Shown here: piece after piece, positions 13,048 to 27,075 of the stretch
Position numbering within the stretch: the first letter of the stretch is position 1
Layout: each line of letters opens with the position of its first letter
Assembly: GCF_023055435.1 (NCBI RefSeq)
Contig: NW_025963779.1
Location: 59,768,001 to 59,832,000 of the forward strand
DNA from: Haliotis rufescens
Taxonomy: Eukaryota
Length of the DNA stretch: 64,000 nucleotides
Direction of reading: 5' to 3'
Translations under genes and position numbers: made by a program
The notes under the pieces: generated by a model
Databases searched by the model: none
What the model was told of the DNA's origin: nothing
Seen by the model: only the letters and a program-made list of their open reading frames with translations

Positions 13048-13305
13048 GGGCATGGGTGGCCCAGTTGTCTAGACGCTTCAATTCACTGTACAGAGTTGTG
13101 TCCCTATAGGGCACACCAGAAACCTATGATTGTGGATCAAATCCTGGTTTGCCCCGAGTATGTTTCCAGGTTTGTCAGCACCATACCATTGCTTATGGGT
13201 TTCACCAAAGTGGTAAAATGTCTGGGACCTACATCACTTTTGGCGTTCCGTTCCTTGAATACTGTTCACAGCATCGTTAAACCCATCTCACTCACTCACT
13301 CACTC
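13048..13305 (+). mobile_element. tRNA-Leu-like-headed SINE (diverged copy)
   Basis: Homologous to 60429-60722; ends in an (actc)n tail. Confidence 0.7.
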
Positions 13306-13695
13306 TATCCCAGAATACCCACAGATCTGGTATTTGACCCAAGTTGTGTCATTCTCCTTTCCATTTGTTTACCTTTGTATTTTGGTTTTATTTGTTTATT
13401 TGTTGTTTAACGCTGCACTTAGCAATATTCCAGCAATATGATGACAGTCTTGACCAGACAATCCAGTGATTGACATCATGAGCATCAATCTATACACTTG
13501 TTATGAGGAGAAACAAACCATACACAAAAAGCAAAACTCATCATTCCATGGCTAGACTGATATGCATCAAGCAAGTCAGATTTTAACGACAAGCATGGGT
13601 TTGCTGAAGACCTATTTGATCCCGATCTTCACTGGTCTTGTATTTTGTGTATTCTGCAGATATATCAAAGTACTGGACACAGTGATTTTTGAAAA

Positions 13696-16600
13696 ATGCC
13701 TAAGAAATTCAAAGGAGAAAACTCTAAAGCAGTGGAAGCAAGGGTACGAAGAGATGCCCAGAAATATGCTGAACAAGAAAAGAAACAAAAAGAAGCTGAA
13801 GATGAGCTTTGGAGAGATGATGACAAGCATGCTACGAGGAAGCAGCAACGGAAAGTAAGAACAAGTTGAACATCCTTATAAACTTGAAACATGTAAGCTA
13901 TATACAACAGTAAACATTTACTGAAAATACAGTCTCCATTCCACCAGTTACAGTTTGATTGTCGATATACTTTGGTCTCCTGCAAACTCAGATCTGATAA
14001 TCTACCTTGTTAACATGTTTAATCTGATGAAATAGAAGCATGAGACCCCTTCACATAATGCATATCATGTTCTCTAGGCAGTTTTAAGATAAAAGAATTT
14101 TGTGTAGAGAGCATTAACACAGCCACCAGATTATGGAGATGAAGCCATCTTTCGTCTTAAGGGAACTGTACTCATGCTCCACAAACTATACCAATGAATA
14201 TCCATAGTTTCAATATATATCTAGTGAAAGGGTTCCCTTCTGGGTGATAACTGGTGGCTTTGGAACTCCTATTACTATCAGTCTTCAGTCACTGTCTACA
14301 AAACATCAATTCTCAGCCAGTGCTACATCAGTCGTTGTTTTTTTAATCTTGTCATGGTAGAAATTAATCAAATGAATTTGGACCTGAACGCACAGCTTGA
14401 GGTTTCAAAAGATAAATTTAGCATAGTTAAATGTACAGGTAACCTACCGCGACATTGAAAACACAGTATGTTTCTCTCCATTCTACAATGACTAAATAAT
14501 AAGCGAACTCTTTGGTGTTAGCAAATATATTGAGTGAAGTGGCATATGCTCAAGCTGTTTCTTAACAGGGTAATTACTTCATTCAAACTTATGGCAGGCA
14601 CTGACAGCATGTAGCACGCCAATTTCGTAAGCTAGCGTGAGGTGGGCACCCCTAAAGAAAACTAAGCAAATGTTTCGTTCCACACCGCACGTCACTATTA
14701 TGCCATCATATAATTCATTGTGACGCAAAAGATATGACGTTACACTCGTATATAGAAAGCACCAAATAGCAAGCTCTCTGTTGTCTTCAAAACTTGAAAT
14801 ATATTCTTTTATATTATGTTTTCTGCATGATATGTATTGTCACACATCCTTTGAATTTTGTAGTAACAGCAACTTTGCATTTTGTAGCCTATAGTCATAC
14901 ATATAATTATTTAAATATTTCTACCAACAATGATTGTAAAAGAAGTACTATTCTAAAAATATTAGTTTCCCCGGTGATGTGGCTGTCAGATTGGCTGTTT
15001 CAATCAGAGGGGGTTTATTGTGATTTGAAACCTCTGATTGTCCAATCAAAATCAAGTATTTTCATGGTAGAATACATATTTATTATGCATAGGCTACATT
15101 CTATCATGGACATGTGTTTGGTGGTGTGGTAGTGTTGTGGGTAAAGCATTCACACATCACATAGATGACTTATGTGATATTGTCACAGTGTGTGAAGATA
15201 CTTCCTGGCGTCACCACCATGATTTAGCTGGTTGATCTCTTAATGTGACTTATGAGCCAACTCACTCACTGTTTGTTCAGGAGGACAAGGAGAAGAGGCG
15301 CTTGGATCAGGTGGAGAAGAAGAAGGAGCTGCAGCAGCTTCATGATGAGGAGATGAGCAAGCTGAAGAGTGCCAAGCCTGTCGCCGCTGCCAAGTTGACT
15401 CGTGCAGATATTGCAGCACAGCAGGAGAGACTCGAGGCTGCAGCAGCAGCAGGTAAAGTCTACTGAGACACCACATGTAACCTCATGTCAGGAGGACAAC
15501 TTTAGAGATCTGGGTGCTTATATCTTTGTCATTCATTTATTAAGCATGTTAAGCTCTGATGGCTTTGCCTTTGATTGTTACACACTCAGTCAACCACTGG
15601 TTTGCCTGGCCTTGGTCCTGTTATTTATGGGCTGCCATAAAGGCTAAGTGTATGGTGGATCAGTTGGAAATCACATGGTGGTGTCTTCCCTTGTAGGATA
15701 TCACATGGTGGTGTCTACCCCTGTTGGATATCATATGGTGGGGTCTACCCCTGTTGGATATCACATGGTGGGGTCTACCCCTGTTGGATATCACATGGTG
15801 GGGTCTACCCCTGTTGGAAATCACATGGTGGTGTCTTCCCCTGTTGGTTATCACATGGTGGTGTCTACCCCTGTTAAATATCACATGGTGGTGTCTTCCC
15901 CTGTAGGATATCACATGGTGGGGTCTACCCCTGTTGGATATCACATGGTGGTGTCTACCCCTGTTGGATATCACATGGTGGTGTCTTCCCCTGTAGGATA
16001 TCACATGGTGGTGTCTACCCTTTGTTGCATATCACATGGTGGGGTCTACCCTTTGTTGCATATCACATGGTGGGGTCTACCCTTTGTTGCATATCACATG
16101 GTGGGGTCTACCCTTTGTTGGATATCACATGGTGGGGTCTACCCTTTGTTGGATATCACATGGTGGTGTCTTTCCCTGTAGGATATCACATGGTGGGGTC
16201 TTCCCCTGTTGCATATCACATGGTGGGGTCTACCCCTATTGGATATTACATGGTGGTGTCTTCCCCTGTTGGATATCACATGGTGGTGTCTACCCCTGTT
16301 AAATATCACATGGTGATGTCTTCCCCTATAGGATATCACATAGTGGGGTCTACCCCTGTTGGATATCACATGGTGGTGTCTACCCCTGTTAAATATCACA
16401 TGGTGGTGTCTTCCCCTGTAGGATATCACATGGTGGGGTCTACCCCTGTTGGATATCACATGGTGGTGTCTACCCCTGTTAAATATCACATGGTGGGGTC
16501 TACCCCTGTTGGATATCACATGGTGGTGTCTACCCCTGTTGCATATCACATGGTGGGGTCTACCCCTGTTGCATATCACATGGTGGGGTCTACCCTTTGT

Positions 16601-19201
16601 TGGATATCACATGGTGGGGTCTTCCCTTTGTTGCATATCACATGGTGGGGTCTTCCCTTTGTTGCATAAACCAATGGTGGGGTCTACCCTTTGTTGGATA
16701 TCACATGTTGGTGTCTTTCCCTGTAGGATATCACATGGTGGGGTCTTCCCCTGTTGCATATCACATGGTGGGGTCTACCCCTATTGGATATTACATGGTG
16801 GTGTCTTCCCCTGTTGGATATCACATGGTGGTGTCTACCCCTGTTAAATATCACATGGTGATGTCTTTCCCTATAGGATATCACATGGTGGGGTCTACCC
16901 CTGTTGGATATCACATGGTGGTGTCTACCCCTGTTAAATATCACATGGTGGTGTCTTCCCCTGTAGGATATCACATGGTGGGGTCTACCCCTGTTGGATA
17001 TCACATGGTGGTGTCTACCCCTGTTAAATATCACATGGTGGGGTCTACCCCTGTTGGATATCACATGGTGGTGTCTACCCCTGTTGCATATCACATGGTG
17101 GGGTCTACCCCTGTTGCATATCACATGGTGGGGTCTACCCTTTGTTGGATATCACATGGTGGGGTCTTCCCTTTGTTGGATATCACATGGTGGGGTCTTC
17201 CCTTTGTTGCATAAACCAATGGTGGGGTCTACCCTTTGTTGCATATCACATGGTGGGGTCTACCCCTGTTGCATATCACATGGTGGGGTCTACCCTTTGT
17301 TGGATATCACATGGTGGGGTCTTCCCTTTGTTGGATATCACATGGTGGTGTCTTCCCTTTGTTGCATATCACATGGCGGGGTCTACCCTTTGTTGCATAT
17401 CACATGGTGGGGTCTACCCTTTGTTGGATATCACATGGTGGGGTCTTCCCTTTGTTGCATATCACATGGTGGGGTCTACCCCTTTGTTGCATATCACATG
17501 GCTGGGTCTACCCTTTGTTGCATATCACATGGTGGGGTCTACCCTTTGTTGGATATCACATGGTGGTGTCTTCCCTTTGTTGCATATCACATGGCGGGGT
17601 CTACCCTTTGTTGGATATCACATGGTGGGGTCTTCCCTTTGTTGCATATCACATGGTGGGGTCTACCCTTTGTTGCATATCACATGGCGGGGTCTACCCT
17701 TTGTTGCATATCACATGGTGGTAATGACTGTCATCTAGCAAAGATTGTATCATGCTTAGCACCGAGAACTGGTGGCCCATTACTCTAAGCGCCACGGTTC
17801 ACTGTTGCTTACCTTTGCCAAATACATACCGGTAATTGTGGGTTCGAATCCTAACTGCATAACTAAAATACTGTTCAAAAGCAAGGTTAAACCCAACTCA
17901 CTTACTCTCTGCATCACATTTGCCAACAGGTCATGCTTCATTTCATGTTTTCATGATGATCATACTACTTATGTGATGGATATTCTCAGTTGTCAGCTGT
18001 GTATGGATGACCATTTTGGGGGGTGTCTCCCTGGACCAGATGTTTGGTATGAACCTGTTCCAAATCTTTTTCCACAGCTGAGAAGCATGACAAGGAAGTG
18101 TCGCATGATGAGAAACCCCTTGAAGAAAACATCAACCGTCTGGAAATGGAGGGCCAGGAAGCAAGAACTGTAGAGGAGGCCATTTCCCTTCTCAGGTGCG
18201 AGCACTTCCTTAAGTTGTAAAATTAACTGGTTGACTTTGTGCAGGTTGTATAAGTCAGAGTTAGATTTGGTTGCAGTTTTTCGTCCCAAAGTGTAGGGTT
18301 GGTTCAGGAGGAAAGGACAGGACAATATATTTGTTTTCAATTTTCTTGGTTCAATATCTGAATTTTTGGGGAGGAGAATGAAAGGATTAATAATTGAAGG
18401 TTCCTACCTGCAACGTTTCATTAATCATTTTTTAACCTTATATGTAATTATTTAACATTGATGACCACTCTGTTGAAAATGACCACGGGTGGCCGAGTCG
18501 TCTAAGGCGCCACGATTTGCTGTGCAGAGTTGTGTCCCTTGGGCACACCAGAAACCTATGATTGTGGGTTCGAATCCCGGTTCGCCCAGATTATGTTTCT
18601 AGGTTTGTCAGCACCATACCTGTGCTCGTGTGGATTTCACCGAAGTGGTAAACGTCTGAGACCTGCATCACTTCAGGTTTTCCTCCCACATTAAGCTGAC
18701 ACGCCATGATATAACTGGAATACTGTTAAAAGCGGCGTTGAACCCAACTCACTCACTCGCCAAATGGATCAGGTGGTCAGGCTCTGTGACTTGATTGAGT
18801 GCATGTCATCATACCTCAACATTGTGGACTGTTGCACACAATATGAATCACTGGATTGTCTGGCCCAGATTTGATTATATACAGTCTGCTGTCATATAGC
18901 TTGAATATTGCTGAGTGCTGTGTTAAACAACAAACAAACTGTAGAAGGATAATGTCTGCAAGTTTCAAGATATTTTTTTTCTTTCATTTCTTTCAGTGTG
19001 AAATCAGAAAGACTTGACAGACATCCAGAAAAGCGTGTCAAGGCAGCATACACTGACTTTGAAGCTGAAAATCTTCCACGTCTCAAACAAGAAAATCCCA
19101 ATCTCCGATTATCGCAGTTAAAACAGATGTTGAAGAAAGAATGGCTAAAATCACCTGAAAACCCTCTCAATCAAAGGTCAATTGCATATAATTCAAAATG
19201 A
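13696..19201 (+). CDS. CCDC124: Coiled-coil domain-containing protein 124 (Lso2 homologue, ribosome hibernation factor), 4 coding exons, 217 aa
   Basis: Exons 13696-13854, 15281-15452, 18078-18195, 18997-19201, phases consistent (654 nt). Translation: MPKKFKGENSKAVEARVRRDAQK...EDELWRDDDKH...LEENINR...ARTVEEAISLLS...DRHPEKRVKAAYTDFEAENLPRLKQENPNLRLSQLKQMLKKEWLKSPENPLNQ, the family signature. Confidence 0.96.
15660..17722. repeat. ~2.06-kb minisatellite of 30/31-bp units in CCDC124 intron 2
   Basis: Units tcacatggtggggtctacccctgttggata (30 bp) and tcacatggtggggtctaccctttgttgcata (31 bp), with an internal 545-bp higher-order duplication. Confidence 0.97.
18485..18758 (+). mobile_element. tRNA-Leu-like-headed SINE
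   Basis: A box tggccgagtcgtctaagg, B box ggttcgaatcc, and the same body and tail as 60429-60722. Immediately followed by a partial SINE of another family (18762-18940). Confidence 0.8.
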
Positions 19202-19688
19202 ACTGTTTGAAAAGGGCAAGTGTGTAACCTTCCATTGTTAATCCCCAGTGAAATCTTATTATTATACAGGTGACAGAATGAACAGGCCCTCCAACTGAAA
19301 CAGGTACCCAGTACTGCTAGACACAGGGACAGTGTGGAGAATCGACCTGGAATGTATTTGTTTTGAACAGTATATCCTCATTGTTGTCATGACGACAAGA
19401 GTCATGCTTTAGAACTAAATATTGTCGATAAGTATTCAAGCATAGTGCTACCCCAAGCACCCAAGCACATACCACACACACAACCTGACCATTCTGTGTA
19501 ATCTACTAATGCCTACAGTGACAAACGCATACAGTGTCATGTTACCAACCACACAATTGTCTATACCAGCTGCACACAAATATGAAAATGCTTAAATTCA
19601 ATTGATTGCTGTGAAAACTGCCTATTTTATGGCTTCTTTGCACTGAATGTTTTTTTATGTTAGTTATTGAACATTGACCATAAACACC

Positions 19689-20240
19689 CATCTTCCCGAG
19701 GCAAGGGAGTTAACTGACTATAAAGGTCCAGTTCCATGCTTGCCGAACTAGGCTGGAATTCTGGAGTTATATCTTGGCTGCGCTAATGAGTTCATGCATA
19801 GTCCATTCATAATTGTGTTACGAAATTGGAATCTGGTTGGTAATCTGCCATGCAGATTTCGGTCGATAGCAGGATTTGCAAAACGTGTGGCCCGTCAATT
19901 TAACGTCAACATATATATATATATATATTCCATATCTTTTCATGTTTTTAATCAAGCTGCTCACGTGATTTGATGCACTTCGCGATGTAAGACCTGTTTT
20001 ATTACAATAAAGATCTTGATTATCAATCAGATCGTCTTCACTGGGTGCTGCCATTTTGTTTCAAGCAAATGCAATGATATGAGAGGTGGATTCTGATTGG
20101 TCAATAGGAGGGACATAGAAGGGACATAACTCATAATAGCCAGTGGTGGCGCTATGATTGAGCCCAGAAATTCCAGTCAATTTTGGCAAGGGTGGAAACT
20201 GAACTTTTACAGTCAGCTAACCTCCTTGTCACAGGAAGAT
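19689..20240. mobile_element. MITE with catcttcc...ggaagatg terminal inverted repeats
   Basis: 5' catcttcccgaggcaagggagttaactgactataaaggtccagttcc vs 3' ggaaactgaacttttacagtcagctaacctccttgtcacaggaagatg. Related pieces occur at ~22527-22910, ~29035-29440, ~37671-38150 and ~4988-5405. Confidence 0.7.
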
Positions 20241-21636
20241 GGTTAACACCAAATACAGGTTTATTATAAGAACAGATTGATACTTTATTAAGTTTTGGTA
20301 TACACAGCTTGGTCTTTAGTTCCTGCTTGAAAAGTCTCAATCTTCTCCAGTGCCTCACTATGAACACTTTGTATGATGATGTTTGCTTTATTAGATCTAT
20401 TGTGTGTGTGTAAAATGACCTTGTGAGTGTACTGAAATCTGACCTGTTGCATTATGTGCCCATACCTAGGTACAAATGCCTTGTTTACATTCATTTCTAC
20501 GAAATAACAATTAACTTCTAAAACACTTCTCAAGGACCTATGTACCTATAATGTAAACCATCGTCAGTACTTCGCAGATTTCTCCATTACCCACGAATAC
20601 ATACCATCGCTTTAGTGAGGTGTCTTTCTTCAGTCAGGCTTTGCATAACTCAAGGAAGTCAAATGAGCCTTATTCCATGCATGTGCCAACAGTAGCGTTG
20701 TCTGACGTTGAAGCAATGTGTAGAGTAGATGCCATGTTGGAAAAGAAATATCGCCAGGGTAATTTTTATACTTATTGTTCTGAAAACTGGCTGGTTTTCC
20801 CCCTTGGCTTGGACAGGACCAAGGCTTGATTCATTAGCTAAAATAGCAACTGAACCATTTTGTGGTTGTATGTATTTACGGTGGACAGAGGAATGTAGTG
20901 CACACAACCTGTGAAGTATTGGAGCATCCACAGACTATTCACTGGTGTAAACTCACAGAGGTTGTCTGAACATCTGGTTTACAGTGGACTTTTGCTTCTC
21001 AATGTAAGAGTCAACGGCAGTATGCTATTTCTTGTTACTTTCATTTGCTGAAATAAGTTGAAACCACTGTTTGACATGTTAAAAACATATTGTGGTCATT
21101 TCAAAGTGCTATTTTCCGATGTACTATTTTTTTCATGTGGTTATTTGTTTTGCTTAAGAAGCAGTCATTTATTTATTCTCCCCTGCTGTAAAGTGTACAT
21201 ATTACCTGTGATGTGTTTTGTACAGGTCATCTTATCTTTGTACACTTTTTCAACATGTTGCTGACCAGACAGACATCACTGTGGAGACATTCTCTAGGCA
21301 CTTGGCCTACATTGCAGTACTAACAATAAAGGATTTACAGAATTTAACTTTGTTGTTGCTTCTCAAATAAAGATGTTAAAATTCAAAGCAGGGGGGAATA
21401 TTACGTGCAGTCTCATACAGTAAATAATTCTGCTTTCCAAGCAGAACAGCAGTGTTAAAACTCACTGGTAACACAACCCTGCTAGCCTTTGGCTGCTATA
21501 ATTTTCGCAGGGCTAGTTAAATGCAGAAAAACACAAAACTAACTTTCAGAATTGATTTTCCGGATTTATTCCATGCAGTGATATAGTTCGTTTTTGTATT
21601 CACTGAATGAGTAGATGGGATAGGCTAGATCAGAAA

Positions 21637-22102
21637 CAATCTCATTAAAATCAGATCTTCGTTCTCGCTACCGCTAAACAAAGATCTGAGGACATCCCAT
21701 TAGGGATCACGTCAGAACGACCTTTCATCCGACCAATCAGAGCATCACTTACCAGATTATGAAAGTGAAAGTCGGAATGTGATTTCTAATCATGCAACCT
21801 CCGAACGATAGTTACGGGTTTAACGACTGAATCCATACAATTTAGACCATCTATTAACCATTCCAGAATGTTCTTTTGTTCAGATTTAAAATTTGTAATC
21901 GAGAATTTGTCAAAATATGTTTCGAAGCGTAGTCGCTAATTTGAAATTAGTGCCGTAAAGCACGAGATAGCTGCCTTCTGATTGGTCATTCCATTGGTCG
22001 GTCAGAGTTTGCTCAAGGTCGGTCTGACGTGACCCGTAATGGGATGTCCTCAGATCTTTGTTTAGAGGTAGCGAGAACTAAGATCTGATTTTAATGAGAT
22101 TG
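21637..22102. mobile_element. Mutator-type MITE with ~80-bp TIRs and a 9-bp TSD
   Basis: TIR caatctcattaaaatcagatct...agatctgattttaatgagattg; TSD gatcagaaa on both sides. Confidence 0.88.
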
Positions 22103-25100
22103 GATCAGAAAACCCACTGTACCAGCTTTCAGTAAACAAAAAATAAAGTAATGGCTTACTGGCATTCATTAGGGCTAATCCATATTGTATACACCTGGTA
22201 AGAACACTACACCAAACTTGTGTTTATCTTTTGGAAATATAAACTACATGTGACATTGATTTTATATTTCGATACATATCTACGACAATAGTATTAAGTG
22301 GTATTAATTAATTTCATGTGTATGTTTTTCCAGTGCTGAATGGCTTATGAAGCAATTGTGTTCAATTTTAACAGTGTAAAGAGTCCTATGTGGTAGGAAC
22401 TGTGTATTTAGCACAAGTAGAAGTTGTGTAGCATGATGTATGTAAAGTCCAGGTATGGGGCTTTGATTCATACCAGAAACATTAACATGCATAAATGGAC
22501 CGATACCCTGTGAGGAGCATGTTGATCATCTTCCCGTGACAATGGAGTTAACCGACTATACAAGTTGGAATTTCTGGGCCTCGATGGTAGCGCCACCAGT
22601 GGCTTTTACAAGTTATGTCCCTTCTATGTCCCCACAACTGACCATCTTCCTGTGACAAGGAGGTTCGCTGACTGTAAAAGTTCAGTTTCCACCCTTGCCA
22701 AAATTGACTGGAATTTCTGGACTCAAACGTAGCGCCACCAATGGCTATTATGAGTTATGTCCCTTCTATGTCCCTCCTATTGACCAATCAGATTCCACCT
22801 CTCATATCACTTTCATTTGCTTGAAACAAAATGGTCTCATACTGTCTAGACACACAGTCGTGTGGAAACTGGACTTTCGTAGTCAGTTAACGCCCTTGCC
22901 TCGGGAAGATATGAATGTTGATATACTACCTAACTTTTGATAGGGATACTCCGATATGTCATTCCATTTAAATATGCACTTGGCATGTTATAAGAAACGG
23001 TTTTGTGTATCATAGAAAGATAAAAAATATCCCTATCAAGAGTGGAGCTGTATATATTCCACTGTTCATGCTACAGAGTTGCATGTGAGCTATGTGCCAA
23101 ATACATCACCTTGATATTTCATGGTGAGAATTCATTGAATGATTCATCACGGTATTGAGAATACTTCAAGATGAATTCATGAGGCCATTCATATTTGTTA
23201 CTTGGATCATGGAATTATTCAGATGGGATGAAAAAGAAGACGATACGGACACCAAACCAGCAAAGTGTGCCACTGCTCTGGCACCTTGGTTAAACAAAGT
23301 TTACTGCCTATATATTCAGCAGAAACAAAATCAATGATCAATTCATATTCTTCACCTAAATCTTTCAATGATCTCAGTAATAAGGTTGGCCTTATGATGT
23401 GAAGAACCTTGAAGGGTAATGAGAGCCTTGTTGTATTGGTTAATATAAATGAATGGTATTTCTATCTGTATGAAAAACCTGAAATAAATTTTCAGATGGG
23501 ATGCCTTTATTTGTCATTTACTTGTATATACTACTCAAAAAGAATTTTAGAACACTTGATTTTTTTCATATGACTTTAGTATATGAGATGACAGATTAAC
23601 TAAAGTAATATGACAAATAGGGTGTTGTTTTACATCTTTTCAGTAGTATATGTAAATGCTATAGGAGCAATAGGAGATAAATATCATGCCGTTTTCTTGT
23701 ATTCCACATCATAAAAAGACCTATCATGCACTATCAGATTTGCAGTCAAACATCTATTCCACATAAGACCAAACCATTCATATTATGAAATCATTTATTC
23801 TTTAAAAAAATAGACTTCATGTACAATGAGATATTACAGTGATATCATTTATTCTACACAATACTTTTAAAGCACTGATCAGGTGTAGATCTTCCAAGCA
23901 ACAAGATTTACAGCTATCTGCATGCGGATAAATAGGTTCAGCACACTAAACTCACAATACGTTTTTGTGAAAGAAATATATTAAAATAGAATTTGTGATG
24001 AAAAGTTATAAAGAACATTCACACCATCCAAAACATTCTTAGACATCAGCAAAGATAACACTCAAATGTTACAAGTTTACCTACTAGTTTTTTACTCTCT
24101 TACATAAAATCCTAGTACAACAAACTCAATGACATGCATAGAAATGACAGACACAGATATTCATTGATAGGCAAGCTATGACATTCATGCCAACCGACTA
24201 TATTGTTATTGGGGCAATTTGAACCTAGTCAGAAGCTCCTGGCATGGGCAAGGGATGCAATGCTGCAACAACAGCCCTTCATCTCCACAAACAATGTTCA
24301 TGGTACAGCAAGGTACATGGTACAATGGCTGACACTAGTTGCCAAGAAAAACAAAAAACAAACACCCTGACAGATAACAAGGACCAGGATGTGTATGAAG
24401 TTTTATCCTTAAAACAAAACATTTGATTCCTTTGGTCAAAGAATTATAACAATAAAAACAATCATGATATTATATGCCAAACATTGCGTTTGATTATGCT
24501 GGAAACACATGGGCCACAAGGCTATAGCTCACCCTATATTTACCGCCTCCGTGGTCTAGTGGTAGAGCGTCCGCCCAGAGAGCGGAAGGTCCAGGGTTCG
24601 AGGTACAAAACATAGGTATGAAATTATTCTGTCTGAGAAAAAATTCCCATGACATTAACAAATGAGATTTTTTCAAGACTGAAATATCAGCTAGCTTTTC
24701 CATTGGACATTATTTTTCTGCATTGCTACACCTTGGCAGGGAAACCAGGTCGGAGGGTAATTTGATCTTGGTGTTTTACAGATTTCTCTTTATCTTAGAT
24801 GTTTGATACAGTTCTGTACAGGTCCTTAATGTAAGTGACTGTCAGGGATGGTTTCAAAAGTCATAACTGCACAAAACTGTCAAAAGAAACAGCTGCCTTA
24901 ACTTCATGGCACCCTTCAAATTAATTGATTAAGGCTAATGGTTTCTGTAATAACTTGTACATTGTACAATTCAAATGTAGTTTGCATAATTAAATATCCA
25001 ATCTGAAACATGCATCATATCTATGTTGACTGTTAGATGCATAACTCTCACGCCACACAATAATGGATATGCCTAAGATATGATTTAGAATAATACGATT

Positions 25101-25353
25101 TTCAAGTTAAAAAAGGTAACATTTCTCTTGGAAAATATTTTCAGTGAGACAGTTGGACATTTGTGACCGGAAATCTCATTAAAATATACATGTATACATA
25201 GTCTTTACATTCACATTATAAATAAGGTGCCTTTGGCAAAGCATATTATGCTAATCATCACTAAAATGGTGAAAAATACATAAACTCAGTTATGAGATTA
25301 AAACCAAATAAATATCAAAATGATAAACATTCATTCTTGCATATAATATAAAA

Positions 25354-25683
25354 TCACAGCTCAGTTTTATCACTGTAGTCATCACTGTTTACAAGCTGCA
25401 AAGCTTTCTTGATGAGTTCAACAAACTCTCCTACTTGAACTGTAGTGTCTGACTGTCCATGATAGGGATCGTTTGGGAGTTCTTGGGACAGGTTGGCGTG
25501 CTCGTTGTGCCACTCAAGGTAAGGACCACGGTTCTTCAGAAGTTGACCGAATTCTTTGAAGTTGAGATCAGCCCTGAACGGCACCAGCTGGACAGTGACG
25601 GCACCCGGGGACAGAAAGAGGCCATTCATAAGCCCGGCGCCATTCATGCCAACAAGCACGGAGTACTCCTGCACCTTCTCAAT
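25354..25683 (-). CDS. Duplicated terminal exon of the GT61 glycosyltransferase (possible alternative last exon or orphan exon)
   Basis: Intact acceptor tcttttcggcag|ATT GAG AAG. The peptide is identical to 32160-32489 and ends KTEL*. Confidence 0.6.
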   Translation of the reverse strand: MEKVQEYSVLVGMNGAGLMNGLFLSPGAVTVQLVPFRADLNFKEFGQLLKNRGPYLEWHNEHANLSQELPNDPYHGQSDTTVQVGEFVELIKKALQLVNSDDYSDKTEL

Positions 25684-26860
25684 CTGCCGAAAAGAGACAT
25701 TTCCGAGTCATCCTTGGAATCACAGTTTTATCCTCAGTCAGTGTTTGTTGATATTGTTTTTGGAGGGGGTTTGCAAATTCCAATACGTCAAAATCCATAT
25801 ATGGCCTTGAATCACAGATGTATTCAATATACATGATATAAATTTTACGAAAGAGGAATTTAAATAAAATAAAACACATCTGTTTTATGTAAGTTTTTGT
25901 CATTATCCATATTAAAAAAATTAAGATATAACTATTGGGGGTAACTGTGAACTTCCCCCTAACATACAATAGCCTTATTCTCCTGTTAGTAGTTACCGCC
26001 CTTAGCACATGCCAGGAAACAACAAACACCACCTTGAAGCTATCATGACATTACACATTACACTAGAATCAGCCTTGTAATCATGGTGAATGATATTCTG
26101 AATGGAAGAACTTGAAACTGGAATCTCACTTGGACAATAAATAGATTAGGCCATCACAATGCATTTGTCCTCCATCTCCCTTCTCAACTTCTGCAGTGCT
26201 CTGACTACTACTACTACTACTACTACATTTATATGGTGCTGTATGCCATGCATAAGCATGCTCCAGGTGCTTAGACATTAATACCCTGGTGAATGGATCA
26301 TTGTGCACTGAACAGTCATTCTCAGCTCCCTGGGGAGTATACAACCATAGCTGCCAGTGAGGCATTAGAAGGTTAACAACCACATTGCCATCTCAACCTA
26401 CAGGTTCCCTTTCACTGGTTGGACGCACATTTCGAACAAAGTCATTTGCCCAAGGACACACCACATGTGTTACAAGTGCTTCAGTCTGGGGCAAGACCAA
26501 AGCCCAAGAAACACTGAGGAGGCAAGCTGCCAACACACGGTCACCCATTCAAGGACTCTCTACAACCAACATGGTTTAACGCTGTAACCTGTGCACAGGA
26601 CCACGTGCCACTGTACTGTTGACAGCAGGAAGGCATAGGCGTGGAGATTTTCCCAGGAAACGGTCAGAGTGTCATGATTCCCGCCCAGTGGATCTTGGAT
26701 TGGAGACACAAATACTGTAAGCCAGTGGTTGTATCTTGCACTGCACAGATCATGACAGGATGTCAGCAGACGACATTTGTATTGCCTGGGATGTGGTGAT
26801 CTGTTGTCACTATCACAGCTAAGAAACTGTAGGCTGTTGTTGTGCAGTCTTGCCTGATCT

Positions 26861-27075
26861 CCTGATCACCCTACCAAGACGGAGTGGAGGTCCTGACCAC
26901 CTTACCGAGACAGAGTGGAGGTCCTGACCACCTTACCAAGACTGAGTGGAGGTCCTGACCACCTTACCAAGACTGAGTGGAGGTCCTGACCACCTTACCA
27001 AGACTGAGTGGAGGTCCTGACCACCTTACCAAGACTGAGTGGAGGTCCTGACCACCTTACCGAGACTGAGTGGAG
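26861..27075. repeat. 31-bp VNTR (7 units in copy 1; 4 units at 33680-33800 in copy 2)
   Basis: Unit cctgaccaccttaccaagactgagtggaggt. Confidence 0.9.

Noticed and set aside
15648-17788. Many long overlapping ORFs, and a CRISPR-like look
   Set aside because: These are translations of a stop-free 30/31-bp minisatellite. There are no unique spacers and no cas genes, and the region is a eukaryotic intron.
20620-21264. Short ORFs conserved between the two duplication copies
   Set aside because: The conservation is explained by the recent duplication. There is no splice structure or recognisable domain, and the region is likely UTR or intergenic.
24545-24602. tRNA-like sequence (also 31350-31408, 38258-38325)
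   Set aside because: It is the head of a SINE family: no complete acceptor stem, and it continues into the SINE core in other copies.
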